A stretch of DNA of 64,000 nucleotides from Candidatus Latescibacterota bacterium (GTDB taxonomy: Bacteria; Latescibacterota; UBA2968), in assembly GCA_965198115.1 (NCBI GenBank), contig OZ240241.1:2688001-2752000 (forward strand), in the 5' to 3' direction. The position numbers and the translations under genes are program-made. This document shows, piece by piece, positions 25,436 through 36,329 of the stretch (the first letter of the stretch is position 1; every line of letters begins with the position of its first letter). The notes below the pieces were generated by a model, which was not told the origin of the DNA, made no database searches, and saw only the letters and a list, made by a program, of their open reading frames with translations.

Positions 25436-25590
25436 AAAATTCTTGTTCCCACTTTATGTGGGTGATTCACAGCAAATTGATCCTCATGCTGATTCCTCAT
25501 GAGAATTACCAGTCGTGTGAGACCCGTGCACGTTATTCGGTTTTCAAAGAACGAGCCGCCCGAGAGCGGCATTTTTAAGCAGAGATTTCT

Positions 25591-25619
25591 AACTTACATC
25601 CCTACTAATTCTAGGTCAA
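25591..25619 (-). promoter_or_regulatory. rRNA operon promoter P2 (sigma70-type)
   Basis: TTGACC-17 nt-TAAGTT. Confidence 0.65.
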
Positions 25620-25670
25620 GACATAATTCACTTTGTCTTCACTAAGTAGGGGTCCCGTAGGGGGTCAGGA

Positions 25671-25699
25671 AATATACAGCGGGGTGCTGAGTGTGTCAA
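25671..25699 (-). promoter_or_regulatory. rRNA operon promoter P1 (sigma70-type)
   Basis: TTGACA-17 nt-TATATT. Confidence 0.75.
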
Positions 25700-25714
25700 G
25701 TTTGTGACAGGTGC

Positions 25715-26156
25715 TCAAAAAGCAAGCCGGCCCTCGACTTCTCGCGTGTAGATTGCATCGACGTCCTCCTGCCCCCACACCCCGATCCTGCTCGTCAAAC
25801 TAGCCGCCTTGGCCAGTCTCTGGGCCGTTTCGCGGATGTGAACAGGGTAGGTTTCCTCCGTGAAAGTCTTCAGTCCCTTTCCCCGCTCCGCGTAGGCTTC
25901 TTCGAGCACCACCAGAACCCCAAGAGATGGCGAAATGGCCTGGATCGTCGACAGGGCCTCCCGGATTTCCTTCTCTGTCTCGAACGGGCAGCTTGAAAGC
26001 CGCGACGGGAAGTTCGTGTTCCGTGTAGTGCGTCCCACGGCCGTCCAGCCATACTGCGTCGCCCATAGCGCTCTTTTTGAAACTGCGCCGCGATTCGTAG
26101 CCGAGGGCCCTTCCGATCTCGACCAATCTGGCCTGGTAGGTCTGTAAGAGATCCAT
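25715..26156 (-). pseudogene. Hypothetical protein with an apparent frameshift near 25986
   Basis: MDLLQTYQARLVEIGRALGY...VAAFKL continues in another frame as PFETEKEIREALSTIQAISPSLGVLVV...RLAF*. Confidence 0.55.
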
Positions 26157-26163
26157 AAGCTGC

Positions 26164-26622
26164 CTATCTGAAGCTGAATTCTCCGACGTCATCGTCGCCT
26201 TCGAACTGCATGAGATACGTGATCGCCTCCTCGAGATCCCCTGCCACCCAGGTGTCGAGCTCCACCGACAGGGCGGCTCGCAGCGCCGGTAGAGCTTCCG
26301 GCTCTTCAAGATTCATCAACGCGCCTATCACGGCCTGCTTGACCGCCCGATCCGAGTCTTTCAACAGGGGCAGGAGGGGCATCACCGCTTCGCGGGACCG
26401 AATCATGCCCAGGGCCCAGGCGCCCTTTGCCCGTACTCGTGGGTCTTGGTCACTTAAAACGCCGATCAGCGCGGTCACGGCCTCCTGGTCACGCTGGGCC
26501 CCCAGGAAGTCGGCCGCCGCGACTCGCTTTTCGGGCGAGTCGTGACGTAGGTCCTCGAGGTATCCCCCATTGGAGCAACCGGCCAAAATCCCCACGGCTG
26601 CAAACAGCGGCCATCGCATCAC
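26164..26622 (-). CDS. HEAT-repeat lipoprotein
   Basis: Signal with LAGC lipobox; repeats [29 protein letters not shown]. Confidence 0.85.
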   Translation of the reverse strand: MMRWPLFAAVGILAGCSNGGYLEDLRHDSPEKRVAAADFLGAQRDQEAVTALIGVLSDQDPRVRAKGAWALGMIRSREAVMPLLPLLKDSDRAVKQAVIGALMNLEEPEALPALRAALSVELDTWVAGDLEEAITYLMQFEGDDDVGEFSFR

Positions 26623-27929
26623 GACCCACCGAGCGCTTTCCCCAGTGCCTTCCCGTGGGCATCGATCGAATCAGCGATGTCGTCCCCGGAGTGCGCCGTC
26701 GCGACGAAAACGGCTTCGAACTGCGATGGTGCCACGTAGACGCCCCCCTCGAGCATACCCCAAAAGTAGCGAGAAAAGGCGTCCTGATCGCTCGCGACAG
26801 CGTGGTCGAAGGTCTTCACCGGTTGACCCGTGAAGAACATCGTCATCATCGACCCGACCCGATTGATCACGCAGTCTGCGCGAGCTGAATCGATGTTCGC
26901 CCGCCAGCCGCTCTCGAGCTGAGAAGCCAGCGCCTCCAGCCCTTCGTAGACGCCCTCCCCCCTAAGGGCTTTGAGCATCTGGATCCCCGCCGTCATCGCG
27001 AGCGGATTGCCCGACAGGGTTCCTGCTTGCGAAACCTTCTTCCCGAGCGGTGAAATGTCACTCATAATGTCGCGCCGGCCACCGAACGCACCGACCGGCA
27101 AGCCGCCCCCGATGATCTTACCGAGTGTCGTCATATCCGGGGTCACGCCATAGAGCGACTGCGCGCCTCCTGGATGGACACGGAAACCCGTAATCACTTC
27201 ATCGAAGATGAGAATCGCCCCGAGATCCGACGTCAGATCTCTCAGCCCCTGCAGGAATCCCGGCTCGGGTGGAATCACACCCATATTCCCGGCAACGGGC
27301 TCGACGATGATGGCCGCCAGGTCGTCGCGGACCTCGGACGCAACCTTCTGAACCGCTTCGAGGTCGTTGAACGACGCCGTCACCGTGTCGGCGGCCGTCC
27401 CCTCGGTGACGCCCGGGCTGTCCGGCGCGCCTGTCGTCAGCGCCGAAGAACCAGCCCGGATCAGGAAGTCGTCGGCATGACCGTGCCAGCACCCTTCGAA
27501 CTTCAGAACCTTGTTTCGTCCAGTATGTCCGCGAGCCAATCGGACGGCCGACATGGTCGCTTCCGTCCCCGAATTCACCATCCGAACCATCTCGACAGAC
27601 GGCACCATTTCGCACACGAGCTCGGCCAACTCGACTTCGACCTCAGTCGGCGCCCCGAAGCTCGTGCCACGAGCGGCGACCTCCTTCAGTGCTTCCACGA
27701 TCGGTGGGAATGCGTGCCCGTGGATGAGGGGCCCCCAGGAGAACACGTGATCTACGTAGCTGTTGCCGTCCACGTCGTAGACGTGCGACCCTTCGCCTCG
27801 ATCGATGAACAGGGGATCGCCCCCGACGGAGCCGAACGCACGCGCCGGGCTGTTGACGCCCCCCGGAATGACGGCGCTGGCCTTTTCAAACAGGGATTTA
27901 GAACGTTCTCCCACAGATCCTCCCAACAC
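26619..27929 (-). CDS. hemL: Glutamate-1-semialdehyde 2,1-aminomutase
   Basis: [60 protein letters not shown]. Confidence 0.97.
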   Translation of the reverse strand: MLGGSVGERSKSLFEKASAVIPGGVNSPARAFGSVGGDPLFIDRGEGSHVYDVDGNSYVDHVFSWGPLIHGHAFPPIVEALKEVAARGTSFGAPTEVEVELAELVCEMVPSVEMVRMVNSGTEATMSAVRLARGHTGRNKVLKFEGCWHGHADDFLIRAGSSALTTGAPDSPGVTEGTAADTVTASFNDLEAVQKVASEVRDDLAAIIVEPVAGNMGVIPPEPGFLQGLRDLTSDLGAILIFDEVITGFRVHPGGAQSLYGVTPDMTTLGKIIGGGLPVGAFGGRRDIMSDISPLGKKVSQAGTLSGNPLAMTAGIQMLKALRGEGVYEGLEALASQLESGWRANIDSARADCVINRVGSMMTMFFTGQPVKTFDHAVASDQDAFSRYFWGMLEGGVYVAPSQFEAVFVATAHSGDDIADSIDAHGKALGKALGGS

Positions 27930-28056
27930 GAAGACGATGTGACCGGTGTTCTAAGTTAGAGCGGGTGACCAGACTGTCAAAGAGGGGAAGCGAGTGTCCA
28001 TTCAGGAGCCCGAAGTCAGAGGGTGAAGAGCCGGCAAACGGCGCGGACACGATTTC

Positions 28057-28848
28057 TCACGCCTGATCGTGATTGGATACGGTGAAGGCGAGGATAGCGG
28101 CGGCGGCAGCGAGGTTGAGGGAGGATGCACGGCCGGCCATGGGGATTCGGACGCTGGTGTCGACCGCGGCGGCCAGCGTCTCATCGAGTCCGTGTTGTTC
28201 GTTGCCAAGGAGCAAAGCCACCGGGCGTGTGTAATCGGCCTCGCGATAGTCGGTCGTTCCTCTTGTAGAGGAACCAACCAGCCTCACGTCGTGCTCGCGA
28301 ACCCAGGCGAGAAAACCGTCCGTCTTCCCGTCGGACACGACCGGCAACGTGAATAGCGTCCCCATCGCCGCCCTGACAGATCGAGGATCGTAGGGATCCG
28401 TCGACGCCCCGACAAGCACCAACCCATTCGCCCCCGCGCTTGCCACCGTGCGGATCACCGTACCCAGATTGCCGGGATCGCGAGGGCGATCCAGCGCCAC
28501 GATGAACGTGTCCTTGTCCACATCAATTGCACCCAGGCTCCGATGGGCAGTCTTCAGTACAGCTCCTAGGCCAGTTGGGTTGTCACGATCGGACAGCCGC
28601 CGAAAAACCTCTTCGCTCACGCGAGTGATCTCAACATCGGCCCCCTCGATCGCGTCTATCGCGTCCCCACTCGTCATCCGGTCGGGACACAGAATGACCT
28701 GCTCAACAGGCCACCCTGTCTCGATCGCCTCGAGCGTGATGTGGATGCCTTCCGCCCAGAAACACCCTTCTCGCTCTCGCCCTTTGCGTGACTGAATCGC
28801 CCGAGCTCGCTTGACGCTGTCATTCTGAAAACTCGTCACAAGCGCCAT
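28057..28848 (-). CDS. TrmH/SpoU family RNA methyltransferase
   Basis: DPGNLGTVIRT, RAAMG, LGNEQHGL, IPMAGRASSLNLA. Confidence 0.93.
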   Translation of the reverse strand: MALVTSFQNDSVKRARAIQSRKGREREGCFWAEGIHITLEAIETGWPVEQVILCPDRMTSGDAIDAIEGADVEITRVSEEVFRRLSDRDNPTGLGAVLKTAHRSLGAIDVDKDTFIVALDRPRDPGNLGTVIRTVASAGANGLVLVGASTDPYDPRSVRAAMGTLFTLPVVSDGKTDGFLAWVREHDVRLVGSSTRGTTDYREADYTRPVALLLGNEQHGLDETLAAAVDTSVRIPMAGRASSLNLAAAAAILAFTVSNHDQA

Positions 28849-28903
28849 CGGACCTCCACCTTGCCATCGTCCGTTCGATGTCGGTATATTCGAATCGTCA
28901 TTC

Positions 28904-28980
28904 GCGGCAGTAGCTCAATTGGATAGAGCATCTGACTTCGGATCAGACGGTTGGGGGTTCGAGTCCTCTCTGCCGCACCA
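28904..28980 (+). tRNA. tRNA-Arg(TCG)
   Basis: GCGGCAGTAGCTCAATTGGATAGAGC-TCTGA CTTCGGA TCAGA-GGTTCGAGTCC-CTGCCGCACCA; TTGCCA/TATATT promoter upstream, hairpin 28983-29010 downstream. Confidence 0.95.
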
Positions 28981-29226
28981 TCGGGGCCCTGGTCACAGAC
29001 TAGGGCCCTCTTTAATATCCCGGCCCCGACGGTGACCATTGACCAGTGACAACTGACCAGGGACCAGAGAGGGCCAGTCGGCGCTGAGCTTCCCAGTGGA
29101 CGTCGAAACATCCTATATATAGGAAACGCATCGAGCGGGCCCTATTTTCAAAGACCTTGCCACGCCCGCTCTTCGTCCTTTTAGCAGCGCAGCTGCGCAG
29201 GAGGACCACGCCTGCTCGGGTTTTCC

Positions 29227-31977
29227 ATGAATCTCATCTCCATCCGCGGCGCACGCCAGCACAACCTCAAAAACATTAACCTCGACCTTCCGCGCGGGAA
29301 ACTGGTCGTTGTAACAGGGCCGTCCGGATCAGGCAAGTCCTCGCTCGTCTTCGACACGATTTACGCCGAAGGCCAGCGTCGTTACGTCGAATCTCTCTCG
29401 ACCCAGGCGCGACAATTCCTGAACGTGATGGAGAAGCCCGATGTCGACAGTATCGAAGGCCTCTCCCCGGCCGTCGCGATCCAGCAGCGCGGGGGCTCGA
29501 GATCGAGACGCTCGACGGTAGGCACGCTCACCGAAATCGCCGACCATCTGAGGCTCTTGTTCGCGAGGGCGGGCGAGCCTCATTGTCATCAGTGCGGGCG
29601 TGCTCTCCATCGTCAAACCGTCGAACAGATCGTCGATGCGTTGACCGACCTGCCCGAAGGCACGCGATACCAGATCCTCGCGCCTCTCAGCAAACCGTCT
29701 GACGAACCCTGGGAGACCGTTCTCGACGACCTCCGCAGACAGGGCTACGTCCGAGTCACGATCGATGGCGAAGCACACGCCGTGGACGACCCGATCGACA
29801 CGAACCGCATCGAGGACCTCGCCGTCATCGTGGACCGCCTCGTAGCCGGCCCCAAAGTCGGGCGCCGACTGGCCGATTCCCTCGAAACGGCCCTTTCGCT
29901 AACTGGCGGCCTCGTCGTCGCCGATGAGCCGGGTGGTGATAGCAGATCCTTCACGACCCGACTCTATTGCCGCCACTGTGACATCCATCTTCCCGATCCC
30001 GAACCACGCCTCTTCAGCTTCAACAGCCCCCACGGCGCTTGCCCGACGTGCAACGGGCTGGGCGAATCCCTCAAGTTCTCGGCCGACCGGATCGTCCCGG
30101 ATCCAGATCTTTCCATTGGCGAAGGTGCCCTCGCGCCGCTCGGCTCGCCAAAGGGTAAAAGAGAGGCCGATCGGTTGACGAAGCTGCTCGAAAGCTTTGG
30201 CGCAAACCTGCTCACGCCCTACAGGGACCTGTCCGAGGCGGCGCGCGACGTCCTTCTCAACGGCAGGAGTCGGCCGAAGTTCGCGGGCATCCTGAACGAT
30301 CTACAGGCGAGCTACGATGACGCATCGGACGAAGAACGCGAGCGGCTCGAACCGTTCATGCGCTCCGCTCTGTGCCCGGAATGTCAGGGTGCCCGTCTGC
30401 GCAGAGAGGCCCTGGCCGTCAGATTGGGCGACCGGTCGATCGCCGATCTCTCGACGCTCACCCTCACGGACGCCTTGGCGTTTTTCGAACACCTCGACCT
30501 CACCCACATCCACCACGAAATCGCGGATCCCCTCATTTTCGAGATCACCTCGCGTCTCCGGTTTCTCCTGGACGTCGGGGTCGGCTATCTTGCCCTCGAA
30601 CGCGGAGGCACGACACTCTCCGGCGGGGAGATGCAGCGCATTCGCCTGGCCACGCAAATCGGCTCGAGGCTCGTTGGCGTCCTCTACGTGTTGGACGAGC
30701 CCAGCGTCGGACTCCATCCGCGCGACAACCGTCAGCTCATCGAATCCATCGAGCGGCTACGTGACCTCGGCAACTCGGTACTCGTCGTCGAGCACGACCG
30801 CGATATGATGGAAGCGGCCGATGATCTCGTCGACCTCGGACCGGGCGCCGGCGAGCTGGGTGGCGAGGTCATCGCACACGGCACGGCCACGGAGGTCGCC
30901 AGCGTGGACACATCGCCGACCGGTGCCTACCTGTCCGGTCGCACCGTGATCGAAACCGAAACGTCCAACGTCCCACCCGATCGCTGGCTGAAGCTTTCGC
31001 GTGCATCGGGCCATAACCTCGACGACGTCGATCTGGAACTACCTCTCGGACGTTTCGTCTGCATCAGCGGTGTATCTGGCTCGGGCAAATCGACGCTCAT
31101 CAACCGAACCCTCTATCCGATCCTCGCCAGCCGACTGACGCGATCACTCGAACAGCCCCTCCCCTACGAAACGATCGAGAAGGCAGAGTCCATCGACAAG
31201 GTCATCCGCATCGACCAATCTCCGATCGGGCGTACGCCGCGATCGAACCCTGCCACCTACGTCGGCATCTTCGGCGCGGTACGTGAACTCTTCGCACAAC
31301 TCCCCGAATCGAAGGTTCGCGGCTACGGGCCGGGACGATTCAGCTTCAACACACGCGGCGGACGGTGTGAGGTCTGTCGCGGCGACGGCGTCTCTCGCGT
31401 CGAAATGCACTTCCTGCCCGACGTCTACGTCACGTGCGATGCGTGCGGTGGCCAGCGATTCAATCGCGAAACGCTCGAGAGCCTGTTCAAAGGGCTGTCG
31501 ATTGCGAATGTGCTCGATCTGACGGTTGAGCAGGCGCAGAAGACGTTCCGCGACATCCCACAGCTCAATCGACGTTTAAAGACGCTCGTCGATGTGGGGC
31601 TCGGTTACATCCGGTTGGGGCAATCGGCCACGGCGCTTTCCGGCGGCGAGGCGCAACGAGTCAAGTTGAGCGCAGAGCTTTCCCGGGCAAGCACGGGGAA
31701 TACTTTGTATCTTCTTGACGAACCCACGACCGGCCTTCACTTCGAGGACATTCGCATCCTCCTCGGCGCCCTTAGACGTCTCGTCGACGAGGGGAATACG
31801 GTTGTCGTCATCGAGCACAACCTCGATGTCATTCGTAGAGCCGATTGGGTGATCGACCTGGGTCCTGGTGGCGGCCCCGAAGGGGGCCGCATCGTCGCCG
31901 TGGGCACCCCTGGTGAGATCGCTGACTCGGCCGAATCCGTCACGGGCCGTTTCTTAAAAGAGGTCATCGCCGCATGA
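29227..31977 (+). CDS. uvrA: Excinuclease ABC subunit A
   Basis: [71 protein letters not shown]. Confidence 0.98.
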   Translation: MNLISIRGARQHNLKNINLDLPRGKLVVVTGPSGSGKSSLVFDTIYAEGQRRYVESLSTQARQFLNVMEKPDVDSIEGLSPAVAIQQRGGSRSRRSTVGTLTEIADHLRLLFARAGEPHCHQCGRALHRQTVEQIVDALTDLPEGTRYQILAPLSKPSDEPWETVLDDLRRQGYVRVTIDGEAHAVDDPIDTNRIEDLAVIVDRLVAGPKVGRRLADSLETALSLTGGLVVADEPGGDSRSFTTRLYCRHCDIHLPDPEPRLFSFNSPHGACPTCNGLGESLKFSADRIVPDPDLSIGEGALAPLGSPKGKREADRLTKLLESFGANLLTPYRDLSEAARDVLLNGRSRPKFAGILNDLQASYDDASDEERERLEPFMRSALCPECQGARLRREALAVRLGDRSIADLSTLTLTDALAFFEHLDLTHIHHEIADPLIFEITSRLRFLLDVGVGYLALERGGTTLSGGEMQRIRLATQIGSRLVGVLYVLDEPSVGLHPRDNRQLIESIERLRDLGNSVLVVEHDRDMMEAADDLVDLGPGAGELGGEVIAHGTATEVASVDTSPTGAYLSGRTVIETETSNVPPDRWLKLSRASGHNLDDVDLELPLGRFVCISGVSGSGKSTLINRTLYPILASRLTRSLEQPLPYETIEKAESIDKVIRIDQSPIGRTPRSNPATYVGIFGAVRELFAQLPESKVRGYGPGRFSFNTRGGRCEVCRGDGVSRVEMHFLPDVYVTCDACGGQRFNRETLESLFKGLSIANVLDLTVEQAQKTFRDIPQLNRRLKTLVDVGLGYIRLGQSATALSGGEAQRVKLSAELSRASTGNTLYLLDEPTTGLHFEDIRILLGALRRLVDEGNTVVVIEHNLDVIRRADWVIDLGPGGGPEGGRIVAVGTPGEIADSAESVTGRFLKEVIAA

Positions 31978-32630
31978 TTCGCATCGACTTCGGAACACTC
32001 TACGAATTCGAAAGAGAAGACAGCGGGCGCAAAGAAGAGAATCGGCAGAAACTCGCCGACTTCCTTGAACTCTGTGACAAATTCGACGCTACGGTCGTGG
32101 AGCAGCGGGACTGGAACACGCGGGATCTGATTCACTACGTTGCCATTTCTACCACGATCGTCGTCACGATGACCGTGTCCGACAAATACCTCAACATCCA
32201 GACCAGCCAGATCAGAGAGAAATTCAACACGTATCGCGCCGAGTACGTCTCCGTGCCGGATCGGCTCGCCGTGTCGGTCGAATCCCCACCGGTGGAAAAG
32301 CTCGATCTCCACGAGATCGTGACCTGCAACAGCTGTGGTCGCAGCACCCCCTACGACGGATACTTCCAGCACTGCGTTCACTGCGGTGTGCAGATGGACA
32401 CCCTCGTCAAAACCTGCCAACGATGCGACAAGGGTGTGCTCTATCATCCTTCGTTCTCATACTGCCCTGTCTGCGGGGGCGAACTCGCCCAGGACATCGT
32501 CGGCGGTCCGCCCCTCAACGAGCTCGATCCAAACGGGCTCGTCTGGGGAATCCCATCGCGTGAGGAGGACGAGGATTCGTTGCCCCCACCGGGCCCCGAG
32601 TCGGGGGCGAATCCAGGGCCTTCGCCGTAG
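31974..32630 (+). CDS. Hypothetical protein with C-terminal double zinc ribbon
   Basis: Four CxxC pairs (CNSC, CVHC, CQRC, CPVC); ATGA overlap with uvrA. Confidence 0.75.
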   Translation: MIRIDFGTLYEFEREDSGRKEENRQKLADFLELCDKFDATVVEQRDWNTRDLIHYVAISTTIVVTMTVSDKYLNIQTSQIREKFNTYRAEYVSVPDRLAVSVESPPVEKLDLHEIVTCNSCGRSTPYDGYFQHCVHCGVQMDTLVKTCQRCDKGVLYHPSFSYCPVCGGELAQDIVGGPPLNELDPNGLVWGIPSREEDEDSLPPPGPESGANPGPSP

Positions 32631-32833
32631 GGTAGCTCGTGTGTTCCCCGCTACGCGAGGAACGAGTGATGATTCGATATTCAGGAAGACTGAGACGATC
32701 AATGGTTAGAGGACCTGCCAAAGAGTAAAACCCCTTCCAAATATCCCAACAGCCGGACGTATGGGCCGGCGATTCCTCTTTCTACTGGCGAACGTATGGG
32801 TCGCCGTCAAACGTTTCATCAAAGGAGGAAAGC

Positions 32834-33367
32834 GTGGACGATCTCTTCACCATCACCCAACCGACGAGTACGGAAGCGCTCGCCGCTTTTACCGACCTGA
32901 CCGGGTTCTATCGTGCCTCGCAAAGTTTGTCGGACGAGGATATGACTTCGATGCTCGACGCCTACTACGAACTCGTGGGGAGGATCGTCGAAGACGGGGG
33001 CGGCAAAGTCGTGAAGTTTATGGGCGATGCCGCTTTCATGCTCTTCTCGTCGACCCAGGTGAACGAGGGGGTTGCCGCCTTGCTCACCCTGAAAACAGAC
33101 GGCGATGCCTGGCTCAGCAGCCGCGACCTGTCCTCGCGTCAAATCATCAAGGCCCATTTCGGCCCCGTGTGCTGTGCGCCCGTCGGCACGTCGTCCGAAA
33201 AGCGGTTCGATGCATTCGGGCAGACGATTTGTATCGCGGCGACAATGCGGTCGGATGGGCTGGCCATTTCGGCGCAAGCATTTCGGAAGTTGACGGCTGA
33301 AACGCGGAAGGCGTTCAAGAAGCACACGCCACCGGTGACCTACATACCAGTGGGGCAGAGACACTAG
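32834..33367 (+). CDS. Stand-alone class III adenylate/guanylate cyclase-fold protein
   Basis: AGGAGG RBS + GTG; FTDLTGF, GGKVVKFMGDA, AHFGPV, FDAFGQT. Confidence 0.82.
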   Translation: MDDLFTITQPTSTEALAAFTDLTGFYRASQSLSDEDMTSMLDAYYELVGRIVEDGGGKVVKFMGDAAFMLFSSTQVNEGVAALLTLKTDGDAWLSSRDLSSRQIIKAHFGPVCCAPVGTSSEKRFDAFGQTICIAATMRSDGLAISAQAFRKLTAETRKAFKKHTPPVTYIPVGQRH

Positions 33368-33531
33368 CAGAGGAGCAGGGGAGGGAGCGGAGGGCGTAGA
33401 GCGGCGAACGGGCGACCGTGAGAGCGGGCGTGGCGATGGCGCTTTGCGAGGACCGTTGAGCGAACGGCAGGTATTACCCTACAGTTTTCCGGTTCGGCAA
33501 GGCTCTAACTCAACAGGCGTGTAGCAAACGG

Positions 33532-33559
33532 GTAGGGCACGGCATGCCGTGGGCCCTAC
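33532..33559. repeat. GTAG-type REP-like palindrome
   Basis: GTAGGGCACGGCATGCCGTGGGCCCTAC between convergent genes. Confidence 0.6.
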
Positions 33560-33642
33560 GATCGTGGAGATTTCTCACCCGATTATCGGCTTGTGTCTGC
33601 GAGACGTGTTCGAAATGACAGGCTGACAATGCCCTCAGAAAA

Positions 33643-34182
33643 TTAGTCGGGCAGATTCTCCTCACCAATCTCCGCGAGCGTCGGGTTGGCAGCGTCTCGG
33701 GCGGACAGCTCGGGCGAGGTCGCGCCCCAATCGATCCCGATGTCGGGGTCATTCCACGCAACGCCGTTCTCGTCGGTTCCGTCGTAGTAATTGTCGACGA
33801 GATAGGTCAGCACGACATCCGACTCCGCATAGAAGCCGTGGGCAACGCCGACGGGGATGAACAGCCCACGCCAATCGACTTCCCCCATTTCCAGCACTTC
33901 TGTTTTCTTGAAGCTGGCAGACGATCTCCGTAGATCGCAAAGTCCGACGCGAACGCGGCCGACGGGAACGAACCAATAGTCGACCTGATGATGGTGGTAG
34001 TGCAGCCCGCGCAACACCCCCGCCGACGAAAACGATGCGTTCGTCTGAATTCGTTCCCAGGGGCGCTGGGGAAACCACTCCGCCCGGAACGTCTCGATGA
34101 ACCGACCGCGGTCGTCGCCGTGAGCGGTCAGCGCAACCCTCTGGACACCTGCGATGACATCGGACGCTTCGATCTCGGGCAT
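33643..34182 (-). CDS. rfbC: dTDP-4-dehydrorhamnose 3,5-epimerase
   Basis: DDRGRF.E, GVLRGLHYH, DLRRSS, IPVGVAHGF, WNDPDIGIDW, LSARD. Confidence 0.93.
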   Translation of the reverse strand: MPEIEASDVIAGVQRVALTAHGDDRGRFIETFRAEWFPQRPWERIQTNASFSSAGVLRGLHYHHHQVDYWFVPVGRVRVGLCDLRRSSASFKKTEVLEMGEVDWRGLFIPVGVAHGFYAESDVVLTYLVDNYYDGTDENGVAWNDPDIGIDWGATSPELSARDAANPTLAEIGEENLPD

Positions 34183-35198
34183 CACTTCTTCCAGTTCGAC
34201 TCGTCGATATCGATTCGCTTCAGCAGCGGCTCCCACCATTCCGGGTGATCGCGATACCATTGGATGGTCTGACGAAATCCTTCTTCGAAATCCACCTCGG
34301 GTGACCAGCCCAGTTCGGACCGCAGCTTACCCGAATCGAGAAGATAACGACGATCGTGGCTCGGACGGTCGGGCACGTAGGTCTTGAACGACAGATCGAG
34401 ACCCAGCGTGTCCAGAATCCGATCGGCGATGCCCTCCACGTCGATCTCCAGCCCGCTCCCCACGTTGTACGTCTCGCCTACGGCCCCCTTCTTCAGGATC
34501 AGATCGATTGCCGTGCAGTGATCGAAGGCGTGGAGCCATTCGCGTTTGTTCTGACTGCTCTTGTAGAGCGTCAGCTTCTCTCCTTGAAGCGCGAGCGTCG
34601 CGAACCGGGGGATCACCTTTTCCGGAAACTGGTAAGGGCCATAGTTGTTCGCGCAGTTCGAGATCGTCACAGGCAAGCCGAACGTCAGATGGAACGTGCG
34701 AACCGCCATATCGGCTGCCGCTTTCGACGCGTTGTAGGGTGTCTTGGGCTCGTAGGGTGATTCCTCTGTAAACACCTCATCCGTCTCCAGATCCAGATCG
34801 CCGTAAACCTCACACGTCGAAATGTGATGAAAGCGTGGGACCTCCGCATCGCGCGCAGCCTTCATCAATTGAACCGTGCCGACGACATTCGTCTGAAAGA
34901 AATCCTCCGGGTGCAGCACACCGCGGCTGTTGTGCGACTCGGCAGCGAAGTTCACGATGTAGTCGGGCTGGTGCTTCTTGAATAGCGCAAGTGTGCGACC
35001 GTAATCTCCGATGTCTCCCTGCTCGAAGACATAGTGCGAGCCGGCCGATTCGGCCACATCGTCCAGACTCTCTTCACAACCGGCGTAGGTCAGCAGATCG
35101 TAATTGATCGCAGTGTCATCCGGATACCGTTTCAGCCAGTAGCGAATGAAATTGGACCCGATGAAACCCGCACCGCCTGTTACGAATATCGTGGCCAA
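34182..35198 (-). CDS. rfbB: dTDP-glucose 4,6-dehydratase
   Basis: VTGGAGFIGSNF, LTYAG, FAAESH, PYNASKA, NNYGPYQFPEK, DRPSHDRRY. Confidence 0.95.
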   Translation of the reverse strand: MATIFVTGGAGFIGSNFIRYWLKRYPDDTAINYDLLTYAGCEESLDDVAESAGSHYVFEQGDIGDYGRTLALFKKHQPDYIVNFAAESHNSRGVLHPEDFFQTNVVGTVQLMKAARDAEVPRFHHISTCEVYGDLDLETDEVFTEESPYEPKTPYNASKAAADMAVRTFHLTFGLPVTISNCANNYGPYQFPEKVIPRFATLALQGEKLTLYKSSQNKREWLHAFDHCTAIDLILKKGAVGETYNVGSGLEIDVEGIADRILDTLGLDLSFKTYVPDRPSHDRRYLLDSGKLRSELGWSPEVDFEEGFRQTIQWYRDHPEWWEPLLKRIDIDESNWKK

Positions 35199-35291
35199 TG
35201 GAAGCCTTTGGTAAGGTTGGATTCGATCTACAGCCTACCAACAGTTATGGGCGATTCTACTCTTTTGAGACCAAAAGACGTCCGCACTCTC

Positions 35292-36257
35292 TCAGAGCAG
35301 AAGTTTTGCCGCGAGCGGCAGGTAGACCGCGTAGAGCACGAGGAGGGCCACTCCCTCGGTCTTGGACAGCCGGTGGTTCGTACGCATCATCAACAACATA
35401 GCCACAACGACGATCAGCATCGTCGGGATCGAGAAGTGGATGAATTCGGACGTAACCACGAGGGGATTGACGACCGCTGACGCGCCGGCGATCCAGCACA
35501 CGTTCAGGACATCCGCACCAAGGATGTTCCCCACGACGATTTCGCCGTGTCCTTTGCGTGCGGCCGTCACGCCCGTCGCGATCTCGGGAAGGCTCGTCCC
35601 GATCGCGATGATCGTCAAACCGACCACGGCCTCGCTGATCCCAAAGGCCGTCGCGATCACCTTCGCTGACTCGACGATCCCGTGGCTGGCGAGCAACACG
35701 CCCACGAGACCGACCACGAACCACAGAATGAGACCCTTCAGAGTCTTCCCGGCGATCGCCTCTTCGATATCGGCCAGCTCTTCGAAGTCTGCATCGGCGC
35801 CCGCGAGCGATGCCGTCCTGTAGGTGTAGACGGTGTAGACGACGAAGAGGACCAGCAGGACGCCCCCTTCGAGCCGCCCCAGTGTTCCGTTCCAGGCCAT
35901 CGCGTAGAGCCCCAGATCGACGACAACGAGGAAGATACCCGTCGAAAGGAGCAAATGACGATCGACCAGAATCGGTGACGCTGCCACGAGCGCCGCAAGC
36001 CCAATCGCGACAGTATCGTCGACGATCACCGACCCGATCGCGTTACCGAGCGCGATCTCAGGAAACCCCTGGATCGCCGAGTTAATCGACACGGCCAGCT
36101 CGGGTGCGGTCGTCGACAGGCTGACGAGCACGATTCCGATCAACATCTTCGGCACGGCGAAGTGCTCGGCGATCCCGACCGCACCGTCGACGAACCAGTC
36201 AGCGCACTTCGTCAGAATCACGAAGCAGACGATGAGCAGCCCGAAGGCGGCCGGCAA
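35292..36257 (-). CDS. Ca2+/Na+ antiporter (CaCA, YrbG-like)
   Basis: Two alpha repeats STTAPEL..GNAIGS and GTSLPE..GNILGA; ~10 TM segments. Confidence 0.92.
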   Translation of the reverse strand: MPAAFGLLIVCFVILTKCADWFVDGAVGIAEHFAVPKMLIGIVLVSLSTTAPELAVSINSAIQGFPEIALGNAIGSVIVDDTVAIGLAALVAASPILVDRHLLLSTGIFLVVVDLGLYAMAWNGTLGRLEGGVLLVLFVVYTVYTYRTASLAGADADFEELADIEEAIAGKTLKGLILWFVVGLVGVLLASHGIVESAKVIATAFGISEAVVGLTIIAIGTSLPEIATGVTAARKGHGEIVVGNILGADVLNVCWIAGASAVVNPLVVTSEFIHFSIPTMLIVVVAMLLMMRTNHRLSKTEGVALLVLYAVYLPLAAKLLL

Positions 36258-36329
36258 GCTGAGGGCTATTGCGCTATCCAGAAGGGGCTCGAAGAGAATC
36301 TGAGATTAAGTAACTGAACTGAAATTGGG

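Noticed and set aside
28904-29230. tRNA-Arg as an integration site
   Set aside because: No integrase and no duplicated tRNA 3' end seen; the next gene is uvrA.
32834-33367. Pycsar/CBASS-type defence cyclase
   Set aside because: No adjacent cNMP-binding TM or TIR effector, and catalytic residues are degenerate.
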